Shown piece by piece: positions 18,819 through 27,464 of a DNA stretch of 64,000 bases. The stretch is from positions 48 to 64,047 of the forward strand of contig CAUHFS010000002.1 of NCBI GenBank assembly GCA_959605475.1, given 5' to 3'. This DNA comes from an uncultured Collinsella sp. GTDB taxonomy: Bacteria > Actinomycetota > Coriobacteriia > Coriobacteriales > Coriobacteriaceae. A program made the position numbers and the translations under genes. Positions within the stretch are counted from its first letter, which is position 1. Every line of letters begins with the position of its first letter. A model generated the notes under the pieces. That model was given only the letters and a program-made list of their open reading frames with translations, ran no database searches and was not told the DNA's origin.

Positions 18819-20571
18819 GGTCTAGGTATCCTCTCACGTCTGCTTCGTAGTCCTCAATAATCTGCGGCCCTGCCGCGCTAAATTCAATTACGGTGTCGCC
18901 CACCAGGTCAAAGAGCGCCTCGTTGATGGTATCGACGAGCATGTCCTCGCTCTGCCCCGATTGCACTACCGCCGATTCCGCCTGTACTGCGTTGTGCTCG
19001 AGCAGTGCGCTGAGATAGGCGTTTGCGGCAGGCGCGAGTTCGTTTGTGGCGTCAGCGGGCGTAGCAGCTGCGAACGCGGGCGTCGGCGCAAGAAGCGGTG
19101 CCACGACACCAAACTGTTCGGTGGATATGCTCGGCTCGTCGGTCAAGTCCTGCCGAATGGGTGCCGCGACCGCCTCGACCGTCGAGTCGGCTACGGGCTC
19201 GGCTTCCGGTTGCCCTGAGCCCGCTGCCTCGGCTTCTGCGGATGCGTCGTCCTCGCGCTCTTCGTCGATCAAAAGCGCTTCGCGCGTTTGCGCAGCGGCG
19301 CTCCGAATGTGCCCCAGCTGACTCAGATCGATATCGATCTTGACGGGCTGGTGTGCGGCGTCCCACGAAAGCCATGCCACAATCTCGTCATCGATAATCT
19401 TGGCCAGATATTTGGGGACCTTTTCTTCCTTAAGGGGATGGGCGGGGTCCAGCGCCAGGCGCAGGCGTTGGTCGCAGGCGCGCATCATTTCACCGAGCTT
19501 GCTGCTCTTTTGCCTACTACCGTGGATACGCATGCATTCCCAAAAGCCGTTTTGGCAACGGTAGATATGGATAGGATCCAGGCGGTATTCGCAGTCCTCG
19601 TGGCGCTCGGGCGCAAAGAATACGGCCGAGGCAAACATGGTGTAGGGCATGGCCGTCTCCTCCCCAAATAAACTCGCCACGATGCCGGTCTTTCGGTGCG
19701 TGTCATAGTAGCGCGCCATACGGACATACACGGCGCATGCCACGTGGCGCAGATCGCGGTGGTGGCTGCGGTCGAGCCGCGAGTTACTTAGGTTGTACGT
19801 GGAGAGTGCGTCGATGGCAGCCATGAGTCGCTCCTCGCGCACCTCATCGGGCGGAAGGGGGAGCGTGGGCTCGGAGGTTTTGCGACGCTTAGGGGTCTGG
19901 CCGGACGGTGCCGGTGCTGGGACAAGGTCTCGTGCCGCGCGTCGCAGCTCGATAAGGGCGTTATCGAACATGACGGTTTTAGAGTCACGAAGCAGCTTGG
20001 GGTCGAGCCCGTGGAATACGGCGTAATCCTGCAGCCACACGCGTGCAAATCGGTCGATGCCGGGCTCGAAGGCGCGATAGACATCCCAAAAAGCCTTGAT
20101 CTTGTTAAAACCATCGAGCGGGTCATCTACGCCAATGCTGCAAATCAGCTCATAGAGATACAGAAAGGCAAAGGACGTAGACGTTTCCTCGACGGTTCCG
20201 CGGCGCACTTGGGCACGCCAGGTAAAGTAGCCGCGCAACTGCCGGTCGCTCATGGCGTTGTAGGTGGGAAAGTACGACTTAAAGGTGCCGTTGTAGGGAC
20301 AGTCGTCCTCAAAGTCGGCCATCAGCAAGCCTTGGCGGTAGAAAAGCTCGGCCTCCGATAGCCAGCGGCCCGCGCCGCCCTTGGGGTCATCCTGCCAGCG
20401 CGATATCTCGCGCATTTTACGGTACTGGTCGGGGAGGAAATTCTGCATCTGTCGGCCGGTTTTGAGAATCGGCTCGTCTGCGTAGGTTTCGTTTGAGAAG
20501 CGGGCGGACTGATGGGTCCGGGCCTCGGCCATAATGCGCTCGATGAGCATCTTGATGTCCTGGTCGGCCAC
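18811..20571 (-). CDS. sngA: TerB-N/TerB-C domain protein, Shango SngA-like
   Basis: TerB-N-like SYFPTY..MS..QLRGYFTWR...FLYLYELI and TerB-C-like LVDTINEALFDLVGDTVIE; 8-nt overlap with the ATPase gene. Confidence 0.8.
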   Translation of the reverse strand: MADQDIKMLIERIMAEARTHQSARFSNETYADEPILKTGRQMQNFLPDQYRKMREISRWQDDPKGGAGRWLSEAELFYRQGLLMADFEDDCPYNGTFKSYFPTYNAMSDRQLRGYFTWRAQVRRGTVEETSTSFAFLYLYELICSIGVDDPLDGFNKIKAFWDVYRAFEPGIDRFARVWLQDYAVFHGLDPKLLRDSKTVMFDNALIELRRAARDLVPAPAPSGQTPKRRKTSEPTLPLPPDEVREERLMAAIDALSTYNLSNSRLDRSHHRDLRHVACAVYVRMARYYDTHRKTGIVASLFGEETAMPYTMFASAVFFAPERHEDCEYRLDPIHIYRCQNGFWECMRIHGSRQKSSKLGEMMRACDQRLRLALDPAHPLKEEKVPKYLAKIIDDEIVAWLSWDAAHQPVKIDIDLSQLGHIRSAAAQTREALLIDEEREDDASAEAEAAGSGQPEAEPVADSTVEAVAAPIRQDLTDEPSISTEQFGVVAPLLAPTPAFAAATPADATNELAPAANAYLSALLEHNAVQAESAVVQSGQSEDMLVDTINEALFDLVGDTVIEFSAAGPQIIEDYEADVRGYLDHE

Positions 20572-20607
20572 CGCTCCTCCTCTCGAACGCAGCTACGGTG
20601 ACCTCAT

Positions 20608-20637
20608 ATCATAGCACAGCATCAAACAGATGTTCGA
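20608..20637 (-). promoter_or_regulatory. Extended -10 promoter (TGcTATGAT) with adjacent LexA/SOS box TCGAACatctGTTTGA
   Basis: The box at 20622-20637 is one mismatch from TCGAAC-N4-GTTCGA; the -10 is at 20608-20616. Confidence 0.7.
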
Positions 20638-20658
20638 GATACCGCTGCGTTGCTAGAT

Positions 20659-21375
20659 TTAGAACAGGAGGGCGTATATGACGGCGATGACGACGGAGGG
20701 AAGCATATTGGCCGTGCGGAAGGTCTGAGGACGGATGAGGTTGACGCCGACGCAGAAGATGAGCATGGAGCCTACGAGCGAAAGGCTGTCGAGGGCTGCC
20801 GTAGTCATGATGGGGGAGAGTGCGCCGGCAAACAGCGTGATCGTCCCCTGGAACACGGCGACGGGCAGGGCGGAGAAAATGCAGCCGCGGCCAAGCGACG
20901 CCGTCATGGTGCAGACGATGATGCAGTCCAGCGCGCCCTTGAGGGCAAGCGTGGACCAGTCGCCGAGCAGGCCGTCCTGGATCGATCCCACAATGGCCAT
21001 AGCGCCGATACACACGGTGAGTGAAGTCGAGACAAAAGCGTTGGTGAACTCGTTATCGCCCTCGCTGCCGGTTTTACGCTTGAGCCATTCGCCAAGGTTC
21101 TCAATGGCGGCCTCCAAGTTGATGGCCTCGCCGATGAGCGAACCGAGCGCAAATGAGACGATGAGCATGGTGGTACCGGTGGTCGCTAGCGCCTTTCCAT
21201 CGATGATGAGCATCTTTTGCATGGTGCCGCCCAGGCCGATAAACAGGACGCACAGCCCCGATGCTTTCATGAGCGTGTCTTGGATGCGCGGTGTAATGAA
21301 GCGACCGCCCGCTAATCCCAAAAGACCGCCCGCAACTAAAAGCACAACGTTGATGATTGTTCCCAAGCCCGGCAT
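20659..21375 (-). CDS. DUF554 (YdfK-like) membrane protein
   Basis: GLGTIINV...CIGAMAIVGSIQDGL.GD...K..LD...NMLPS pattern; multiple TM segments. Confidence 0.88.
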   Translation of the reverse strand: MPGLGTIINVVLLVAGGLLGLAGGRFITPRIQDTLMKASGLCVLFIGLGGTMQKMLIIDGKALATTGTTMLIVSFALGSLIGEAINLEAAIENLGEWLKRKTGSEGDNEFTNAFVSTSLTVCIGAMAIVGSIQDGLLGDWSTLALKGALDCIIVCTMTASLGRGCIFSALPVAVFQGTITLFAGALSPIMTTAALDSLSLVGSMLIFCVGVNLIRPQTFRTANMLPSVVIAVIYALLF

Positions 21376-21493
21376 GAGCCCTCCTGTATTGATGCCAACG
21401 TGGCAATCGTAGCAGAACGAAATGCGAGGCACATCGCGACTCATCTAATACGTTATATAAGTGGTGTTAGGAATGATGCGCAGCATTTAAGCC

Positions 21494-22924
21494 TCAGGTG
21501 GTTGTCGGGACATAGGGATAGTATTCAAAGCGCAGTGTCATAAGCCGCTGCGGGAATTCAATAGCCGCGGCGATGATATTGGCATCGCGGGCACGATCAA
21601 ACCCTTCGAGTTCGATCTGATACGAGACGTCTTGCATAATGTCCAGACGTCGCCAGGCTAGAAGTGTGTCGCCATCGAATTCCAGGGTCTTGCTTCCGTT
21701 TGCGGCAACGGCGTATAGACGCAGCTTGGCGGTGGTTGCAGGGTCGACAACTGTGACCTTTTTAATTTCGTTTCGAGTATTCTTGGCGCCCAACAAGGTG
21801 AGCAGTGTTGGGGCCACGACCTCGCCCGATGGCAAAAAGACGACTTCGATGGATTCAGGAAATGCGATGATAGCCGACTTGCGGACGGGCTGATTGGCGG
21901 CGGCAACTTCGATGTTCGCAGCGTCGATGACCTCTGTGTGGTCGAGCGCGGCAAGCACGCAGCAGTTACCTTCATCGATCTCTTGAGGATCAGCAAGCCC
22001 CAGGCTGTCCGCGAGCTCGGGATTGTTTGGATCGGCAGCGGGCTCATTCGGTGCTTCGAAAGAAGCTGGGACGCCGTTTGTCGGCGACGGCGTGTCGCCT
22101 GCACCTGCTTCTTTGACCGCGCTCTCCTCTTGTATGGTTGTGTTGATGGGTTCGTCGTTTGGGGGGAGCGTCTTGGCGTCAAGCGCGGAGGGGAGAATTC
22201 CGATGGCTCCGGATCCGTTCCACTCCATTTCGAGAAGCGCCGGGTCGGCAAGAATGCGTTGCCTGCTTTGCGCGTGGGCATCGATTTCAATAGGGCCTGC
22301 CTCTATCCCTCGTGTAAGACTGAGTGATCCGGCTGGCTTCTCGAAATGAGCGTTTGTGTCCTTGGCGCTGACGGCGTAGAACAGCAGGGACGCTTCTCCC
22401 GCCGCGATGGCATCGGTGCCGGCTTTGGTCAGCCGCAACGATGCCGTGAATGAGAGGGTGGGCTGCGCATCGTCTGCATTCGCGGCGGCGCAGCCCAGAC
22501 ATATACCGCCTCCTTTCTCGAAAAACGTACCGTCGAAGGCGACCTTCGCTCCGTTCGCCGAGTCATCGACCGAAGCGATGTCGATGCGCAGCTCTAAATT
22601 GCATGGATCGCCATCTGCATCGAGCACAACCGAGCGCCACGTGCAGACGGCGCACCCCGCCTGGGAGCCGTTTGCCTTGTTCGAACGCTTGATATCCACG
22701 ACTATCGAGCCGTCCGTATTACGACGAAGGCATCCCGAGGTTGAGATCGCGGCCTGTGCGATCGAAAAACGCTTGCACGCAATGGCGCTCGACGGATTTG
22801 GTGCGGAACTTAGGGCTGCTGGTAAGGAGTCTGCCATGACGGGAGTCGCCCAAGCGGCGACAGGCGTTCCGGTTGCGAGCGCGCCACAGAGTGCGACGAC
22901 GGGCAAAAGGTTCTTCGATGCCAT
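21494..22924 (-). CDS. Hypothetical secreted protein
   Basis: Signal-peptide-like N-terminus (…VAAWA) and a Pro/acidic linker; last gene of a tightly packed operon. Confidence 0.6.
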   Translation of the reverse strand: MASKNLLPVVALCGALATGTPVAAWATPVMADSLPAALSSAPNPSSAIACKRFSIAQAAISTSGCLRRNTDGSIVVDIKRSNKANGSQAGCAVCTWRSVVLDADGDPCNLELRIDIASVDDSANGAKVAFDGTFFEKGGGICLGCAAANADDAQPTLSFTASLRLTKAGTDAIAAGEASLLFYAVSAKDTNAHFEKPAGSLSLTRGIEAGPIEIDAHAQSRQRILADPALLEMEWNGSGAIGILPSALDAKTLPPNDEPINTTIQEESAVKEAGAGDTPSPTNGVPASFEAPNEPAADPNNPELADSLGLADPQEIDEGNCCVLAALDHTEVIDAANIEVAAANQPVRKSAIIAFPESIEVVFLPSGEVVAPTLLTLLGAKNTRNEIKKVTVVDPATTAKLRLYAVAANGSKTLEFDGDTLLAWRRLDIMQDVSYQIELEGFDRARDANIIAAAIEFPQRLMTLRFEYYPYVPTTT

Positions 22925-22942
22925 GGGGTCTCCTTAGCTAAT

Positions 22943-23224
22943 TTAGTGCGGCCTGTCCGTGTTTTGTTTCTGGCTACGTTTGATGTGCAGACCGAGGCCG
23001 GCGGTTCCCGCGCCTGCTGCTGTGGCGCCTGCTGCCAAGAGCCATCGTCTGTCGCCTGTCTGCGCCAACGGTTCTTCGCGGTCGCCGCGGTCGAGCTCCG
23101 AGAGGTCGACCGTCACTTGCGTGGCGGCCTGCGCCTGTTCTTGCTGGGCAAAGGCCATGGCTGGCCCAAACGCTAGGATGCTGACGGCGGCGGCCAGGGC
23201 GACGGCCTTATGCCGTGTGCGCAC
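22943..23224 (-). CDS. Small sortase-anchored protein (LAQTG)
   Basis: Signal peptide (…AMAFA), then LAQTG, a hydrophobic stretch and a basic tail. Start uncertain (GTG 23224 or 23263). Confidence 0.7.
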   Translation of the reverse strand: MRTRHKAVALAAAVSILAFGPAMAFAQQEQAQAATQVTVDLSELDRGDREEPLAQTGDRRWLLAAGATAAGAGTAGLGLHIKRSQKQNTDRPH

Positions 23225-23807
23225 CGGGCTCGACCGTCCAGGTGATCGTTGCAACCTGATCACCTTCGCCGGTTACGCGGAAGATGTCGCGCGTGACGCG
23301 GGCGACGTTTCCGCTTGTCTTGAGCTTAATTTTGTCCGTGCCGCCGGCAATGCCCTGGTAGCCCATGTCGAAGGCTGCGTTCTTGGAAAGATCGAGGCCT
23401 GTCTTCTGCATTGCGGCGCTGGCGTTCTGGAGTGCGCCGTCGGGGCCGACCTTAAAGTCGATGGAGTTCTGTGCGGTTCCGGCCTTGGCGTCGGCAGCAA
23501 TGGTCCAGGTGTTCATGGCGTCGATCTTCATGTTGGTGACATGGATGCCGTAGGCCGAATGATTGTCGATGGTGGTCGCGTCTTCTGAGGGGCCCTGAAG
23601 CGTGCCGTCGGCCTTGGCGACGAAGGGAATAACCGTCGGAACTTTGAACTCAACGTTGTCGATCTCGGTCCTGACCATTACTTTCGTGGTTCCAACGCGC
23701 CCGGCTGCCATAGCTGGCGTCGGGGCCGCGCCCATTGCGAGCGCGAGCGCGAGCCCTGCGCCCACGACGAGCGCTCTGGCTCCGTTCATGTTCCTGATGA
23801 TGTCCAT
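23208..23807 (-). CDS. Secreted protein with WxL-like C-terminus
   Basis: Signal peptide (…PAMA), beta-rich mature part, C-terminal VATITWTV; AAAGGA RBS. Confidence 0.7.
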   Translation of the reverse strand: MDIIRNMNGARALVVGAGLALALAMGAAPTPAMAAGRVGTTKVMVRTEIDNVEFKVPTVIPFVAKADGTLQGPSEDATTIDNHSAYGIHVTNMKIDAMNTWTIAADAKAGTAQNSIDFKVGPDGALQNASAAMQKTGLDLSKNAAFDMGYQGIAGGTDKIKLKTSGNVARVTRDIFRVTGEGDQVATITWTVEPGAHTA

Positions 23808-23896
23808 GGTTGTTCCTTTCTATTCGCCGCGGACCGTCCCCGCGATGATTGGACGAATGCTGGTGAATTACGTGCGGTGCCGCGTCGGCCGGAAAG

Positions 23897-24406
23897 CTAG
23901 TTCTCGGCTTGCTCAACCCGTACCTTGACACGTGTCGGATTGCCGTGGCTGTCGAGGGTCTTTGCATCGAGTGCCTGGATCTCGATGTACGCCTCGCCTT
24001 CTTTGATGTCGCCGGCGGGGCACGTTTCGATTGTCTTGCCGGTCTCGACCACACCGGATTCGTACATGGTCTCGTCGTTTTGGATGACGCGGAATCGCTG
24101 GGGAAATTTATTGTCTTGGACGTTTTGCACGTTGACGCGCAGCTTGCCGTCCTCCTGCAGCTGAGCGACCGGTGCGACCGAAATCGTCATCATGTTGTCG
24201 CGGACGATGGCGTCGAGCTCATCTTGGATTTCCTGACGCGTTTTGCCCTCGGCCGTCGTAACCGAAGCGCCCGTCTCGGGTACGGGCTGCGACTGCCAAG
24301 CGTATAGTCCTACGGCGACAAGGGCACAGACGATGGCCAAGCAGGCAACGATGAGCTTCCTGCGATGCCCCAGACCTGCAAAGTGGGGCGGCTTCTTCGC
24401 GCTCAT
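23897..24406 (-). CDS. Membrane-anchored hypothetical protein (predicted beta-sandwich)
   Basis: Start reassigned to MSAKKPP (24406): basic N-terminus, TM segment, then N..DNKFPQRF...YESGVV..G. Confidence 0.7.
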   Translation of the reverse strand: MSAKKPPHFAGLGHRRKLIVACLAIVCALVAVGLYAWQSQPVPETGASVTTAEGKTRQEIQDELDAIVRDNMMTISVAPVAQLQEDGKLRVNVQNVQDNKFPQRFRVIQNDETMYESGVVETGKTIETCPAGDIKEGEAYIEIQALDAKTLDSHGNPTRVKVRVEQAEN

Positions 24407-24699
24407 GCGGCATCCTTGGCGGTATAGACGCGCGCAAAGGTGGACGGGTCCGCTCCAAAGAGCATGTGAAGCATCAGACGGCGCGAGTAGACGAGCTCGT
24501 CGAAGTCGGGAGGGAGCTCGATGTCGTGGATACGCGCGATGTGGTGGGCGAGCGCCGAGAACGACTCGGGGTCGCAGATCACATCGGTGGTAACGTGGTA
24601 GACCGTCGTATCGGGGAATGCCTCTTCGTCGAAAGGCAGGAGATGGGGATCGTCGTCGACTTCGATGGCGATGCCGTACTGGGGTCAGTAATATGCCAT
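24403..24699 (-). pseudogene. 99-codon ORF interrupted by TGA at codon 5 (MAYY*PQYGIAIEVDDD...AKDAA)
   Basis: GGGAGG RBS, ATG at 24699, TGA at 24687-24685. The frame then stays open to a TGA that overlaps the next gene's ATG. Confidence 0.65.
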
Positions 24700-25044
24700 G
24701 GGAACCTCCCTGCTTCTGGGCCAAAACTTCTATCGGTTTTGGCTGTCGACGCCGACCTTATCAGCCGCTACTTGACCAATTTCTGACCAAATGCTTGACG
24801 GATTGGCGTCTCCGCAGGTAAAAGGCGGCAAAAAATACTCCAACTTTTTTCGAGCGACAATCGCGCGGTCGGCGACGGCGGGGCCATATGTGTCAAAAGC
24901 ATCGTCTGCCGAGGAAATCAAGCCGCTCGCCGAATTGCACGAACGTAAAAAACGCCAATTATGGAGACGGTCTCGAACACGTCGACGAAACGATGCGGTA
25001 ACATCTCCCTGCAAACACTGTAGTTAGCTAAAGGGGGAGTTCGC

Positions 25045-26646
25045 GTGTCTGCAACCATCAAACCCTTCACCGACGAGTTCGAAGAGTATGGCCGCGATGA
25101 ATCTCGCGCATCGGGCGAGGCCTCGAGCATCTCGTTTCCGACAACGGAAAACGAGGTCCGTGCCATTTTGGAAAAGCTCCATGCCGAGCGTGTTCCGGTA
25201 ACGGTTCAGGGCGCCCGAACCGGCCTTGCCGCCGGCGCCGTGCCCCACGGCGGGCATATCCTCAATACTTCCCGTATGAATCGCTATTTGGGCCTTCGCC
25301 GCGATGAACAAGGCCAATTTCTGCTGCGCGTGGAGCCGGGCGTTGTGCTCTCGGAGCTGCGCAAGCAGCTGAGCAAGAAGGTGCTGCCGACCGCTGGTTG
25401 GGACCAGGCATCGCTTGAGGCCTACGAGGAGTTCCAAGAGGCTCCCGAGCAGTTTTTTCCCACCGATCCCACCGAGGCGTCTGCCTGTCTGGGCGGCATG
25501 GCGGCATGTAACGCCTCCGGTGCCCGCAGCTACGCCTACGGCCCCATGCGCCCACATATCACGGGACTCCACGTCGTGCTGGCTGATGGCGATTTGCTTG
25601 AGCTTCGGCGCGGCGAGGCTTTTGCCCAGGGCCGCCACCTGTCGCTCGTGACGGCAGCGGGCCGTACACTCGAGCTCGATCTTCCCGGCTATACCATGCC
25701 CAAGACAAAAAATGCTTCGGGCTATTTCGTTGCTGACGATATGGATGCCATCGATCTGTTTATCGGTGCGTGTGGCACAATCGGTGTCATCACCGAACTC
25801 GAGATTGCCCTGCAGGTGGCACCCGCGGTCGTTTGGGGCGTGAGCTGCTTCTTCGACAGCGAAGACAAGGCCGTGTCCTTCACCGATTCTGTGCGTCCCG
25901 TCCTGTCCCATGCGGCTGCCATCGAGTACTTCGATGCTGGCGCCCTGGATATTCTACGTCGCCAGCGCGAGCAGTCGACGGCGTTTGCCTCGCTGCCTGC
26001 GCTCGACAAAGACGCCAAGGTCTGTGTCTACGTGGAGCTCGACTGCGACGACGAAGCCCAGGCGACTGAGGAGCTGTATCACTTGGGGTGGGTACTGGAG
26101 CTTGCGGGCGGCAGTGACGATGCGACATGGGTCGCGCGCACCGAGGTCGATCGCGAGTGTCAGCGATTCTTCCGCCATGCGGTGCCCGAGAGCGTCAACA
26201 TGCTCATCGACGAGCGCCGCCGCATGGATCCCACCATCACCAAACTGGGTTCGGACATGTCGGTGCCCAACGCGCACTTGGCCGATGTTATCGCCCTCTA
26301 TCGCCGCACGCTGGCGGAAAGTGGGCTTGAATCTGCCGCCTGGGGGCATATCGGTAACAACCATCTGCATGTGAACATTCTGCCGCGCGATGCACAGGAT
26401 TATCGCCGCGGCGCAGAACTCTTTGCCCAGTGGGCTTCCGAGGTCACGGCCATGGGCGGTGCCGTCTCCGCAGAACACGGCGTCGGCAAGATCAAGGCGG
26501 GCTTCTTGGAGACGATGTACGGTCACGAGGCCATGGTCGAGTCGGCGCGGCTCAAGCTCCAGCTCGATCCTGCCGGGCAGCTGGGTCGCGGTAACCTGTT
26601 TTCGGAGAAGCTCTTGGATGAGCTCGTCCAGAAAGGGGGCGCGTGA
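25045..26646 (+). CDS. FAD-binding oxidoreductase (GlcD/D-lactate dehydrogenase family)
   Basis: GARTGLAAG, NASGARSYAYG, GTIGVITE, GHIGNNHLH and SAEHGVGK motifs. Confidence 0.88.
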   Translation: MSATIKPFTDEFEEYGRDESRASGEASSISFPTTENEVRAILEKLHAERVPVTVQGARTGLAAGAVPHGGHILNTSRMNRYLGLRRDEQGQFLLRVEPGVVLSELRKQLSKKVLPTAGWDQASLEAYEEFQEAPEQFFPTDPTEASACLGGMAACNASGARSYAYGPMRPHITGLHVVLADGDLLELRRGEAFAQGRHLSLVTAAGRTLELDLPGYTMPKTKNASGYFVADDMDAIDLFIGACGTIGVITELEIALQVAPAVVWGVSCFFDSEDKAVSFTDSVRPVLSHAAAIEYFDAGALDILRRQREQSTAFASLPALDKDAKVCVYVELDCDDEAQATEELYHLGWVLELAGGSDDATWVARTEVDRECQRFFRHAVPESVNMLIDERRRMDPTITKLGSDMSVPNAHLADVIALYRRTLAESGLESAAWGHIGNNHLHVNILPRDAQDYRRGAELFAQWASEVTAMGGAVSAEHGVGKIKAGFLETMYGHEAMVESARLKLQLDPAGQLGRGNLFSEKLLDELVQKGGA

Positions 26647-27464
26647 AGATGAGCGATTTCCATATGGTGGTGTGCGTCAAGGCCGTGCCGGGCAGCACCG
26701 AGGTCAAGATGGACCCCAAGACCAATACCATCGTGCGCGATGGCAAGCAGGCGGTCATTAATCCCTTTGATGCGAGCGCTTTGGAATGCGCGCTGGCGCT
26801 GAAGGACGACTTTATCGGCTTTGGCATGGATGTGCGCGTGACGGTGGTGTCGATGGGCATCCCCGCGACCGAGTCGCTGCTGCGCGACTGCATCGCTCGA
26901 GGCGCCGACGATGCGCTGCTGCTGACCGATCGCGCCTTTGCAGGTGCCGATACCCTGGCAACCACCTATGCCCTCAAGTGCGGCATCGAGGCGCTCGACG
27001 AGGACTTCGACCTGCTCATCTGCGGCAAGATGGCGGTGGATGGCGATACGGCCCAGATTGGTCCCGAGCTTGCCGGTGCCTTTGATATTCCCTGCGTGAC
27101 CGACGTGAGCTGCGTGCAGAGCGCGGGCTTTACGACCTGTGGCTCGCTGGCGCTCGTTCACGGATGCGATGCCGGCGAGGAGACGGTGTACCTTGAGATG
27201 CCGTGCGCGATGACGACTGCCAAGGAGATTGGCCAGTTGCGTATGCCGAGTATTGCCGGTATTCGCGCGGCGGAGGAGGCGGACGTGCGCGTGGTCAGTG
27301 CCGCCGACGTGAACGCCGACCCCGCGCGTTGCGGTCTTGCCGGGTCGCCGACACAGGTCGTGCGCTCGTTTGTGCCCGACCGTGACCAAACGTGCGAGGC
27401 CGTTGAGGGGACGGCGTCCGAGCAGGCGGCAAAGCTTGCCAAGATTATCGAGGGGATGGCATAG
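26643..27464 (+). CDS. etfB: Electron transfer flavoprotein beta subunit
   Basis: CVKAVP, INPFD, DRAFAGADTLAT, DGDTAQIGP and GLAGSPT motifs. Confidence 0.93.
   Translation: MKMSDFHMVVCVKAVPGSTEVKMDPKTNTIVRDGKQAVINPFDASALECALALKDDFIGFGMDVRVTVVSMGIPATESLLRDCIARGADDALLLTDRAFAGADTLATTYALKCGIEALDEDFDLLICGKMAVDGDTAQIGPELAGAFDIPCVTDVSCVQSAGFTTCGSLALVHGCDAGEETVYLEMPCAMTTAKEIGQLRMPSIAGIRAAEEADVRVVSAADVNADPARCGLAGSPTQVVRSFVPDRDQTCEAVEGTASEQAAKLAKIIEGMA

Noticed and set aside
24685..24687. Selenocysteine recoding of the in-frame TGA
   Set aside because: The context suggests Trp rather than Cys, and I see no convincing SECIS hairpin directly after the codon.
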